Positions 12,623 through 24,054 of a stretch of DNA of 64,000 nucleotides are shown in pieces (the first letter of the stretch is position 1; every line of letters starts with the position of its first letter). The translations under genes and the position numbers were made by a program. A model generated the notes under the pieces. That model had not been told where the DNA came from and ran no database searches. It worked only from the letters and a program-made list of their open reading frames with translations. The stretch is from NCBI GenBank assembly GCA_013239625.1, contig MU054001.1, positions 7,212,174-7,276,173 on the forward strand. The letters run 5' to 3'. Origin of the DNA: Lama guanicoe. Lineage: Eukaryota.

Positions 12623-12768
12623 GAGCTTCTCTACTCCAAGTGTGAGCCTTGGACCAGCAGTCTCACCTGGGGTTTATTAGAAACAGAATCTCAGGCCCTG
12701 CACCACACCTGCTGAAACAGAGTCTGCATTTTAACAAGATACTAGCAATTCAAGTTGGAGAGGCTCTG
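12623..12768. mobile_element. MER5A-like hAT element
   Basis: 'ggaccagcagtctcacctggggtttattagaaacagaatctcaggccc...gagtctgcattttaacaagat'. Confidence 0.75.
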
Positions 12769-13229
12769 ATCTACCTCTCATTCTGTTTCTTCTGTTTTCT
12801 ACTCAGTAATATAAACTCTTTCTGTATTGCTCTGTGTACCTCCAGTCTGTTGCTTCTAATTGCTTCATTTTTGTGACATTCACCCACATTGTCTTCCTGT
12901 CCATTCTCCCAGTGATGATGGAAAACTTCTTTGCTTGCCATGACTATATTAAGTGACCCTACCCTTCTGTCCAGAGATATGGTCACTCAGCCTAGAGTTA
13001 TCTCTCACCAGAGGAAGTGAAAACTTGGAAGCTGTGGAATGAGCATAAGCTGGAATAATAGAGCAAAGAAGAAGCCAGGAAGAGAGGAGCAGAGATGAGA
13101 GACAAACAGAAGTTCCTGGCTCCTTCCTTCTGGCTCCTTCCCGAGGCCTGGCTGCCAGGGGGTTGCTTGGTGTATGTACTCTCATGCCCTTAAAATGCAT
13201 GCTTCCTTTTTGTTGATTTGAAAAATTTA

Positions 13230-13385
13230 CCTTTTTGATTGTGATAAAATATACACAATGTAAAACTATTTTTAATCATTTTTAAGTGTATAATGCAGTG
13301 ATATTACATTCACATGTTTGTACAACCATTACCATCACCATCTCCAGAACTTTTTCATAATCTCAAATTGAAATTTTGTACCTCC
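13230..13385 (-). mobile_element. Ancient L1MB-type 3' end
   Basis: 'tttttaagtgtataatgcagtgatattacattcacatgtttgtacaaccattaccatcaccatctccagaacttttt'. Confidence 0.7.
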
Positions 13386-14672
13386 TCCCTTTTTTTTTTG
13401 AGGTCTGCTTGAGTTAGTTTTCATTCCATGTAAACCTCAGACCATAAATAAAACACTAAGTATTAGGAGTCCTTGGTCTGTTATGAACTCATAATGTGAC
13501 CTGAGACTATTCTGTGGGACAAAAATTACGAGTCTAAGGAACTGAGGAACGTGTGATTGGATCAGGAGTTTTAAGGCTCATGGATGGGCTTCAGGTGGCC
13601 CAGGGAAATTATGAAACCAGAAAAAACATTTGGTTTAATAGGGGCATATATTAAGGGAAAGTATCAATAGCTTTCATCAGCCTTTCAAAAGGCCTCAAGA
13701 GTAAAGAAAAGTTCCTAACTGATGGGTTTGATGATCTCTTCCTTTATGTGAAATTAGCCCTGGGGATATACTGCTGTTTAAAACACAGTCCCTACCTTCA
13801 GTGAGTACAGTTTTCAGAGGAGAAGGCTGTGGGTGGTGAGGTGGGAGCTGGGAAGTGAAGGCCACTGGGAAAATCTTCTGGCCAGAGGGGACCTCCTTTG
13901 GGCTCTGTCAGAAGACCAGTCCTATTTTCAGTAAAAGCCCCGAGAAATTGGAACAGATGGCTGAGTTGTGTTCAGGGGACTTTCTCCCAGGTGAGCAGTG
14001 GGGTCCATCTCCATCTGGTCCTCCCACATCTGGGCCCTCTCTGAAATTCTGAGAATTAAATGAGAAAATCCACCTACCACAGTCTCTCAGCTCCGACTTC
14101 CTCATTCTTGCTTTCTGGGATTGCACCTCCAACAAAACTTTAGGATGTAAACAGTCACAAGCTCTGCTTTCTAGGAAAACTGGAATAAGTTGTGTATGCT
14201 CTTCTTAGGTAACTTGTAAAATTCTGAAAAACATAAATAATAATAATAATATCACTTCTTACTGGTGATAACCCTGGTGAATATATTGGAGTGTTTGCGG
14301 TGGCTTCTCCTCCAGAGTTCCTTTTCTTCCCTCTCTTCTCTGTCTCTGTCCCTGTCATTTGAGCAAGTGATATAAGAGAATTGAGGCGGGAAGAAGTGAC
14401 TTGAAAAAGTGTGGCTGATTGAGAAAAAAATCCCTATTTTTCAGAATTTTACTTTACTGGCTTTATTTTTTCTTCTACTTAATTTTGGCTTAATCCCTTT
14501 TTCAACTTTCTTTTAAGATCATGCTTTGATACTATCTCTTCTGATGTAAACATATAAAACTGTAAATCTGACTAATCTCCACGTGAACTTCATCATACAT
14601 ATTTTAATACACAGTGTTTTCATTTTCATTTTGTTCATGATATTTTCTTATCTCCTGTGTGATTTCTTTTTT

Positions 14673-14827
14673 AAATTATTTATTTATTTATTGTTGTACT
14701 ATTTAGTTATTTTATTTCGGGAGGAAGGTTATTAGGTTTATTTATTTTTGGAAGAGGTACTGGGGATTGAACCCAGGACCTCGTGTATGCTAAGCATGCA
14801 CTCTACCACTTGAGCTACACACCCCAC
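14673..14827 (-). mobile_element. tRNA-derived SINE (Vic-1-like)
   Basis: A/B boxes on the minus strand; 13-bp TSD tgatttctttttt at 14660-14672 and 14830-14842. Confidence 0.9.
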
Positions 14828-16099
14828 TCTGATTTCTTTTTTTGACCTTTTGTTTATGCAGAGGTTTGTTTAATTTCCAAATACATGATTTTCTTTAAAA
14901 AATATCATGATCATTGTTTTGCTATAAAGAAGGAGCTTTTATAATGAAGATGCTGAATAAAAGGACATAATTAAACAGCAAAATCAGAGCGATTAGATGC
15001 ATAGAAGAACTCCAAGATTGCCAGCAGGTTTCTGCACTGGGGCAAATTCCCAGGAAGGAAGGCTGTGCAGTCCCCACTGGGTGAAGAAAGCACAGGCTGT
15101 GGGCTGCGGGGACAGAAGAACGAAGACCATGGCACGATGGTGCTTAGGGAAGCACCTTTTCTGGCAGAGGAGAAGCTGGCTAGAGAAAAACTGGCCAAGA
15201 AGACAAGCACTTGATGGAAAAGAAAAAGGAGATATGAGAGAAGGGGAAAGAACGCAAATTGAGTTTATCGTGTTTACCAAAATACTCATATATGATTAAT
15301 TATACTTTGAATTTTTATAAGAGGTTGTTTGGCAATAGGGAAAAAGGAATTGCAAATAAATATGTATAATATGTAAATACACTTAGAATAAGACACCTGT
15401 GAGTGTCTAAAGATGCCAGAGGTCTGAGAACACACAGCCCTCTATGAGGTGTGAGTGATAATAGCAACTCAGCCCAACCCTAGGCTAAATAGTTCCTCAC
15501 TGGTATTGCTTGCTAATTATTTCTGGAGGCGACTCAGGATGGATGGCAATAAAAGTTTTGGGGAATGTATTTTTGATTGACCCCAGAATGATTTTACTGC
15601 AAAATTTAAATATGGTGAACATAATGTGGAGTTTATACTTCTCAGGAGAACTCTGTAGATGTTCGTATCCCATTTACATCAATAGCAAGATAATTTATCT
15701 TGATCACAGAGTGTACTGAAGGAAGTAATTGTCATGTGCTGCTTATTATAGTGCTTCCAAATAAATTAAAAACTCCAAAGATAGAGAGGTTTTAAAACCA
15801 GCCACAGGGCATGCTCAATAGCGTTGGTTTCGATAATCAATAGTAAATGATCCATGCATTAGAGATGCCTTCTTAGAATGAGCATGATGGTTTTTATTCC
15901 TTTCCTTTCCAGCTCATTAACAGTCAGCTTTTAGAAACACATCTGAACCTGGGTGGCACTTTCCCTAGAAGGGGCTGCATCTGTGAGTCTCAGCCCAGGT
16001 GCTGACTGCTGGCCCGGTGCAGGGCCCTCTTGCTGTCTCAGAAGCTCACAGTGGTGGCCCCTGTCTGTACCAGATCCAGTCCTCGGGTGCAAATGCACC

Positions 16100-16372
16100 C
16101 TTTGCACACAGGTTTTAAAAAATCTGAATTATTTGCCAATATTTAAACCTCAGGAGATTTTACATAAGAAAAAATACTTCTGGTTTCTTTTTAAAAATCG
16201 GAAAAACTGAAGACACTGGGTCTGATTCTCCCACGACAGAGTCAGCTAAGGCTGACAGTGACAGTCTCTCTCCTTGATGGAGATGAGTTCTTCACAGAGA
16301 CTGTTCCCCATCCTGCCTGACCTACTCATGCTGTCTATCTTCCTGGCCTCTGCAGGCATTTGAACTTGGGGT
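16100..16372. mobile_element. MER102-like hAT-Charlie element
   Basis: 'ggagattttacataag...aaaatcggaaaaactgaagacactggg...cctggcctctgcaggcatttgaactt'. Confidence 0.6.
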
Positions 16373-16415
16373 GATTACTCCATCTCCCATCAGCTTTTAC
16401 CCTTAACATCCCCAC

Positions 16416-16764
16416 ATTTATGGGATGAATTGTGTCACCTCCAAAATTCATGTGTTGAAGTTCTAACCCCCTAGTATCTGAGGATGGGACTGTATTGGGA
16501 GATAAAGCTTTTAAAGAGATAATTAAGGTAAAATGAGGTCATATGGATGGGCCCTAATTCAGTGCGACTGATGTGAAGACCATGTGAAAACATAGAGAGA
16601 AGATGGCCACTGAAAGCCAAGGAGAGAGGCCTCAGAGGGAACCAATACTGATGACACCTTGATCTCAGACTTCCAGCCTCCAGGACTGTGAGAGAGTAAA
16701 TTTCTGTGTTTTAAGCCACCAGTTCTGTGATTCTCTGTTACAGCAGCCCTAGCAAATGATTACA
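16416..16764 (+). mobile_element. MLT1B-like MaLR solo LTR
   Basis: Colinear with the MLT1B consensus from 'ttatgggatgaattgtgtc...ccaaaattcatgtgttgaag' to 'cagcagccctagcaaatgattaca'. Confidence 0.85.
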
Positions 16765-17002
16765 CCTGCTCATCACTGTACTCGGCAAACTGAAGGCTCC
16801 TCCTTGTGGCTTGTTCCGTTAAGAAGCAGAAAGTTGTGGGGAAGAGGCCATCATCATCGTTGTCCTCATTATCCTCATCCTATGTCACCTCCTAACCTGT
16901 GTTTAGCCATTTGGTCTTTCCCAAGCTCTTTGCCATATATTTTATCAGAATAGCCTCTGGACAAGCCTGTGAGACTACTAGTATGTTTATGCCTATTTCT
17001 TT

Positions 17003-17383
17003 CTTTTTCTTTTTTTCACCTTTATTGTGGTACGGTTCCTGTACAGTAGACTACACATATTTCAAGTTTGATGAATTTTGATAGATATATACACCAATGA
17101 AACCACGACCTCAGTCGAGATAGCTAACATTTCCATCACTCCCCAAGAGGTGCAATTTTTGAATTCCCAGTTTATCCCTCCCACCCTGTTTCCACCTGGT
17201 AACTGTAAGTTTGTTTTCTATGTCTGTGAGACTGTTTCTGTTTTGTGGATAAGTTCATTTATGTCCTTTTTTTTTTTTTAAGATTCCATATATAAGTGAT
17301 ATCACATGGCATTTTTCTTTCTCTTTCTGACTTACTTCACTCAGAGTGATGATCTCCAGGTCCATCCATGTTGCTGCAAATTC
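17003..17383 (-). mobile_element. LINE-1 3' fragment with a variant (swapped) 3' terminus
   Basis: 17151-17383 matches the camelid L1 3'UTR; 17003-17150 is a different terminus shared with 45607-45780. 14-bp TSD atgcctatttcttt at 16989-17002 and 17384-17397. Confidence 0.85.
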
Positions 17384-20349
17384 ATGCCTATTTCTTTAGA
17401 TGGGAAACCTGAGACCTAGGGAACTGACAGGGCCCAAGCCAGGATGCCTGCCTCTCACAGTACAGCAACTTCTTGAAGCACTGCCTCCTCCCTTGCTTCT
17501 CCTGTGTTTAAGAGGAGAGGTTTAGCACTTTCAGATGCCCCAACAGATTGCTCTGTGGTGAGGAGCCCCACAAACCTGGGACGTGGTCAGGAAATCTTCC
17601 CCTCTGACATGGATGCCTCTGGGAGACTGCATAATGGCTGAGTGTAGCCCTCTGAGGAGGTCGTGAGACACTTGCAAGTGACAGGGTATTTGCCAACTCA
17701 GCAGCAGGAGGAGAGCGTATTCCTGGAATGTGTCTGTGTCTGGAGGCTCTAAGTATTATTTGTAGATGACACCCCAGGTGGAAAGAAGTGGCCTGTAGTC
17801 CTGATCCTCAAATCCTCACACAGGCTGGACCCGCTGGAAGCCATGCTGCCAGCAGGGCCCCAGCCCTAGATGGACAACTGGTCAGAGCAGCCTGCTGTGT
17901 GCCCTTCTCCTCAGCCATACCTGGGTCCTGCAGGCTCTGCCCTTGCTTGGGGGACTCCATCTCATCAGTCCATGAGCATTGGAAGGAGATGGTGCAGAGA
18001 GCAGGGAAACACTGCAGTCATTTTGACTTATTATCATTCATGTGCTCGACAGTTCTTGGTCACCTCCTGGGCCTGCATCACCTCCTCTCAGCCTTACCTG
18101 GATCCAGCCATGGCTCAGGCCCACGCTTCTATGTGTGTCCACCTACTTCACATGGACAGTACCTCACTTCCAACTTGTGCTCTTCTTCTGAAGGCTTTGA
18201 GAGATGAGGGTTCTATTGTGAGGAGTGCCGGGAGGGTTCTGCAGCTGCCCAGTGATGCCCCTTAGTCACCACCACCACCCAACTACTCCTCAGTTCCCAT
18301 TTCAGGGCTCCCTCTCTTTGGCTCCCCTCCAAATCTCTATCTCAGTAAAAGGTGATGGAATAAATGCAGAGGCATAATGCAGAAGTGAACTGAGGTGGGG
18401 GAAAGGAGGAAGGGGGAAAAAGGAAGGCACAAAAAGGGAGACAGAGGAGAAAAATCAAAGGGGAGAGACAGTGGGAATGAGAAAGAGAGAGAAAAAAAGG
18501 AAATAAGCAATAGAGAGAGAGAGAATATTAATGAATGAATGACAGGGAGATAGAACTGTCTTCCATTTATTTGGCTGCTGGTCTCCATAGTGATGGGATA
18601 CAGTGATAGGAGGTGGGTAGATGACTACCCTTGTTCTTCCTGAAGGGAAGCAGTGCAGGCCGCAGCAATTGGGACAGGGCCTGGCTTGGCGGCCTTCTCT
18701 CCACTGGCCCCACCCTTTGGTTGGCTGCCCAAGTGGGATCAGCTTTGAGCGGACTGTCTCTAGCTATCCTGGGAGACACGACTGATGACCCTCCCTGATT
18801 AAGCCAAGGTTGCCTCTTCTGTCTTTCTAGAGCTCCTGGACAATGAGACAGGGAGGCTGGGTGGGGCCAATGGCAGGGGGGCAGAGAGAACCCAGAAGAG
18901 AGCCAAAAGAGAGAAGTGAGTATGGGGGTCCAGTCCTCTCCCTCCATCATAATGTCCTCATGACCAGGGAAGGAGTCTGTCCTGCCTCTTTCAAGCAGCA
19001 TTCACATGATTGAGTCCTGACCTTTCCCTACAATGATAAAAGCCACGCCAGTGAAATTAAGACAGAAATCTAGTATTCATGAAGTACTGATTACCCACAA
19101 ATAGGATAGTGTCTGAAAGTATATGGCATCAGAATTGCAAAGGGCTTTGATAAATATGCATGTTTATGAGCCCATACAGAAGTGAAATAAAGTCTAGTTG
19201 CTGAATAATTCCCCATGAAGATGTGAAACAGAGCCTGACACAGACCATTCGTGACCGGGCGCGGGTTCGGGTGGGTTGTAATTCTCTAACAAAAGTACAC
19301 GTGGTGTGCAACATTCATGAAACGCCACAGCCACCCTGTCAACTCGGGAGAGGGAAGGGCTTTACTTTGAAACTTGGCAAACTCCCAAATTATTATTTAG
19401 CTTTTTGTAGTTCTAGTTTGAGCCACTTTTCGTAGGTGCTAATTAGGATATTCAGAGTGCCTGCTGAGGGCTGATTAGGTACATATTGGAATTAAAAGTT
19501 TTTCTCCCAAACGGCAAATGAACTAGACATTGTTAAATAAAACATTGTGAGCTAGAAATCTGTTATCACTTGTACCTAGCTTGTATTTAGTTTTTCCTTC
19601 ATATTCCAAATCCTTTGAAGGAAGTACCAAGAAAATGCATTTGAACAAATCTCCACCCAAAATACTTTCCCTTTGTGAAACCAAATGCATTCTACCACAT
19701 TCTTTTCCAATCATTAAAAATATATCTTGTATGACTGAAGGAGGATTTAATCCACAAACTCTAGATGAATTTCCTCTCCAGACATCTATGTGTAATGTTT
19801 CTTAAACCAGCGATCCCATCTGCTGTTAAAGATTCCCAGCTCCCAATCTGAGACCAGCAAACAAATCTGAAATCTAGAGGTGCTGAGATTCTCTCACTTT
19901 TCTTGCAAAGGAACATGGAGAATTTGCAGAGAATGAGGGAGAGGAGGACTCAGCTCTCAGGGGGACACAGAGCAGTCTCTGGGTGCTCCAACACTCTCCC
20001 TGCTCTCCACCTCCTCACTGGGCTTTCTTTCTCCAGTATTTTTCTCCTTTCAGGTCATCCGATACAGAACTACTAGATGACTTTTTTTTTTTTTTTATAA
20101 GTGGAGCTTTTGTCACGTCCCATTCAGGAGTAAAGTCCTTCTCTTTAAGATCCTTGTCCTCCTCTCTATGGCATCTGGCCAAACTTCTGCTTCCTGTGTA
20201 GATACAGACCTGGAACCTTCTCCCTCCATGGCTTTGCTTGGATCCTCCACTGCCCAGAAGTGGAGGGTCATCACCTCTGTGCAGTCCCAGACCCCCAACC
20301 CTCCATGGATTTGCCCTGGCTCCTTGCTGTGGAACTCATTTCGCCTCTT

Positions 20350-20820
20350 CACTGGCAGGGTCCTTCAGTCAGAGGCCACCAGGAACACACCCATAGTTGA
20401 CAAGTTGGGTTTCTTACTTGAATCAGTAAGGGAGAATGCCCACCGTGGGGAATGCCTGAGGCGGGGACGGCGCAGGGTGTCATAGTAACGCACATTAGAA
20501 AAAACTGTATTAGAGTCTGGCAATTTGGAGGGGGATATAGAAAATGGATGTTCTGGACTGAGTGCTGTCAGAAAACAGGAACAATTTTAGGACTGGGCAT
20601 CTTCATAATTCATTGATGGGCAGTGTGGATTAGAGCTCCAACAAAGCTGTGACTGGTAAAGAAGTAGCAGTCACTTATCCTACTCAAGAGAGGGGGACAT
20701 CAGGTGTCGTGAGGGTTGCACTAGTGACCTTGTTTTTGTCTAATTTGAGCATCTCGGAGTGATCTTGTCTGATGCTGGTGTTCTTTGAGATTGTTTCCAC
20801 CCAGCAGGAGATCAACATGG
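20350..20820. mobile_element. Probable ancient ERV LTR
   Basis: 'ggccaccaggaacacacc...gacaagttgggtttcttact...agggagaatgcccaccgtgggg' resembles old LTR families; family not determined. Confidence 0.4.
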
Positions 20821-21167
20821 TCTAGTGGTGACTGTCCGGCCACTTCCCAGATGCCAGGGTCTGTTTTGTCTTCTCATTTTCCCCAGAACACCCAGTCAAC
20901 ACTGTCTTCTGGCACCCTCCACCTCATGTTTTATGCAAAAGTCCTCTGTGCCATGGCTTTTTTCTTCACCTGATTCTGTGAGTGCCCAAAACCAAGGGCA
21001 CCTGATCCATGTCTGTCCCTCACAGCCGAGCTGAGGCCTTTCCTCTGCAAAAGCAGATGCAATTGTGCGGCAGGTCAGAGCACGAGTGGGAAACCTTAAG
21101 GTGGGTTCTGTGGGGCGAGGAGTGGCACAGTCAACCAGATTGCCCCTCTCCGCCCTGACGTGGATGG

Positions 21168-21578
21168 TGGAGGGGTGGATATTCTCTGTTTGCCCCACCT
21201 GACCCACTTGCTGCCCTTCGCTTTGCTGGGGTCCCAGGAAGCTAACTTGTAAGGACTTCATCAATAGGCTGTCCGGCCCTCTGGCTTTTGGTTGGTTTTG
21301 GCCAATGGGAAGCAGCTTTAGGAGACTGGAGGGAGGAAGGTGACGGGGTTGGGGAATTTCTTGCCGAGGTTTCCTCTGAGCCTGGCCACAGGTGGCTTGT
21401 TCTGTCCTGTGGGGCGGCCCCCTCAGCTGCTCTCTCTCTAGGTTATAGTGAACATACCCTCTCCTGGCCTGTGCCTTAACCCCACACACAGCCTGCAAAT
21501 GTCCCTTTGTTGAATTCTCCTTGGAAACTCCATTTGAGTACTGTCTGTTTCTGATCAGTATCAGAATGGACTGATACA
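21168..21578 (+). mobile_element. LTR33-like ERVL solo LTR
   Basis: 'gatattctctgtttgcccc...ccctctggcttttggttggttttggccaatggga...ggactgataca' is colinear with LTR33. Confidence 0.75.
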
Positions 21579-21762
21579 CTTAGGTCTTCAAGTTAGCTCA
21601 GCAGGGAGAAGCCAGGGGCCCCGGGTGCACAGCCAGGAAGCCATGAACCTGGGACTAGAGCCTCAGCCTCCTGATTCCTAGTGTCATGAACTCTTCCTGG
21701 ACTCTGATTCAAAGTGGGGCTAGTTTATCTAGCAGTCAGCTCGTGTTTCTCCTTGTAGTCTA

Positions 21763-22006
21763 GACTGGTGTTTTTCAAACTGTGGAGTTGTGAAATTGAT
21801 TTAAAGGGTCATGACTCAGCATTAAGAGAAAACAGGATGGAAACTATTAGACTGCATCCCACGTAGTAAACGTAAGTATTGTTTTATTAAACTTTGGCTT
21901 TAGTTGTGAGTGTGTGTGTATGTGTTTGTGTGGTATTTGTATAGAGTTGCACTGTAAAATGTATTTATTACTGGGGGCCACAGCCTAAGAGTTAGAAAGC
22001 CATTGT
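21763..22006. mobile_element. MER112-like hAT-Charlie element
   Basis: 'tttttcaaactgtgg...gtgaaattgattta...acgtagtaaacgtaagtattgtttt...ctgtaaaatgtatttattactg...gaaagccattg'. Confidence 0.65.
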
Positions 22007-22544
22007 TCTAAAGAGAGCAGCAAAGCCTTCTCAAGACCTAAGCTGGTGATGCAGCTCCAGCCTCTGCAAGTGTAGACCTGCTCTTGTAACTTCATGTTCA
22101 CTGTGACCCTCTGATGGTGGGTATATCCTGCAGGTTCTAGGAATGCTTGGGACCAGAGAACACACTTAGTCCAAAATGCATGCTGTGACCATGCTGTTCA
22201 GAGGGCTGCAGTTTGGGAAACAGTGCTTCTGGGAGAGATGGATTGAGGAGGAAAACCAGGGCCTGCCCTTTGGGTGACCCTGTGCTGATGGAGGCAACCC
22301 TGGGAGGCAGCAGGCTGGGGAGGAGGGCAGGAGCAGAAGGAGGGGCAGTGATGGCCCGTGGGTACCATGTCCATGCACTGCAGGAGGCCCTGGGGCTGCC
22401 TTACAGAATCTTGGAATCCCACACACGAAACCAGGCTTTCATTCATCCTTGTGTCCTCAGTACAAGTGTAATGCATTGGCACTCAACACGTAAATATGTG
22501 CTGAGTGAACAAATGAATCTAGAACACTGTTGTGACCCTCTAAG

Positions 22545-22745
22545 GAGGCAGCATGTTGTGGTGGAAAGAGCATGGGCTTTCAAGCTGCACCTACTTACCA
22601 GTTTGCTGCGTTGGGATGTTATTTAACCTCCGTGAACTACAGTTGCTTCACAGGCAAAATGCAGGCAGTGGTATTTTCCTTAGCATTGTTGTGGAAGGGC
22701 CAAGCAGAGTGCCTGACACGTGACTGATGCCTTGGCAATATTACT
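22545..22745 (+). mobile_element. MIR SINE
   Basis: 'ggcagcatgttgtggtggaaagagcatgggctt...tatttaacctccgtgaactacagtt...gtgcctgacac'. Confidence 0.65.
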
Positions 22746-23176
22746 TTCCTTCTCTCCCTTAAAGTCCTTCTCTTACTTAAACTCTTTCTATAGTTTTGTC
22801 ACTTGTTGATTGTCTATTATCTGTTTGCATACTTCCGTGGACAAGAAGATCACCACCTTATGTTATCAACTCCTTCTAGTTTGGGGAGATAAAACTGTCT
22901 CCTTGTGGTCCACATTCATTGTTCCTGGTTTTATTTATCTAGGCTTCTTACTGCTCCTTAAGGAGCCTACATATTAGGAAAGGGAGGAGAAGAGTTAAGA
23001 GCAGAGAGTGAATTTTTTCCCTACCCTGCCTCCCTCTCAGACCAAACTGGACTGTTGGTATCTGCAGCATCATTTCCTGCATATCTTTCCAGCTCCCTCT
23101 CCATTCCTTGGTGATAACAGACAGCAGAGAGCCGGCACCATTTTAGAACAGACTTCTCATTAGAACTGTGCAAGTG

Positions 23177-23240
23177 TTACACTTTCCATTGATGGTTGTA
23201 CTGAGAAATTACACTTTCCATTGATGGTCGTACTGAGAAA
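23177..23240. repeat. 32-bp tandem duplication (2 copies, 1 mismatch)
   Basis: ttacactttccattgatggt(t/c)gtactgagaaa at 23177-23208 and 23209-23240. Confidence 0.95.
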
Positions 23241-23400
23241 TGTATCTTTCTGAGAATGTGGGACTTACTTGAGGACAATAGTTAACAGTGACAATCTTTA
23301 TGCCCACCTTTTTTTTGGAGGAAGCAGAAAAAAATCATGAAGTGTTCAGGGAGCATTAAGGGGGCTTCAGGCCAGTAAAGGAATTTGAGTCATGGTAGTG

Positions 23401-24054
23401 TGTGGGTTCGTCACCAGTTGTGGGTTCTGGCCGTCAGAAGTCCCACCAAGATGGAATGAATTACTCAAGACTCTGTGGAAAAGTCAAGAGAGCGAGAGGG
23501 TGTTGGGAACCGACTCCACGAGCCTCTCAAATCTCTCATATTTATTGAGTACAGTCAAAGGAGGAATGCAGGAATTTAGGGGAGGACAGGGTGGAGTCAC
23601 AATGAGTACAAAGGCTTTGTTTATTGTTGGTGTTTGGCTCAAGGTCAGAAGACCCTTTTTGGTGAATCATGTTCGTGTTGAGCCTTTCAGCTTATCAGGG
23701 CGGAACTATGAGAATCAGCTGCTTAACAGCTTGGACTCAGGCGGCTGTGCCTGTCTTAGGTTGCCCCCTTCAGGGGATCTTACCTGTCATTGGCTAACTA
23801 GCCTTCTCACCTCGGAGTCTGCAGCTTTTTATAAGCTGTATACCATTCCAGCCCAAGGCTGTTTTGGGGATAGACGATTAACAGCAGGCAGCGTTTATAG
23901 CCTGGGGCCTGGGTTGTTGCTTTGCAAGGAGCAGAGTGCTATCTAGAACCTCAACTATGCAAGCAAGGCAGTTACTAAGCACATTTGCTCTTCTTTAAGG
24001 AGACGAGCGGCTGGGGTCTGTTACAATTTGTTAACCCAATCATGGGCTCCCACA
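23401..24054 (-). mobile_element. Young solo LTR, class II (ERVK/betaretrovirus-like) endogenous retrovirus
   Basis: TGTGGG...CCCACA inverted termini; perfect 6-bp TSD gtagtg at 23395-23400 and 24055-24060. On the minus strand a TATAAAAAG lies near 23833 and AATAAA near 23624 and 23546; CpGs are retained. Confidence 0.88.

Noticed and set aside
20896..21579. 227-aa minus-strand ORF, the longest in the track
   Set aside because: It overlaps the LTR33-like element, has a non-ATG start and no recognisable domain.
23177..23240. 32-bp direct repeats as a CRISPR-like array
   Set aside because: There are only two abutting copies with no spacer, in a mammalian context.
23392..23946. 184-aa + strand ORF
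   Set aside because: It lies antisense within the solo LTR and resembles no protein I know; most likely incidental.
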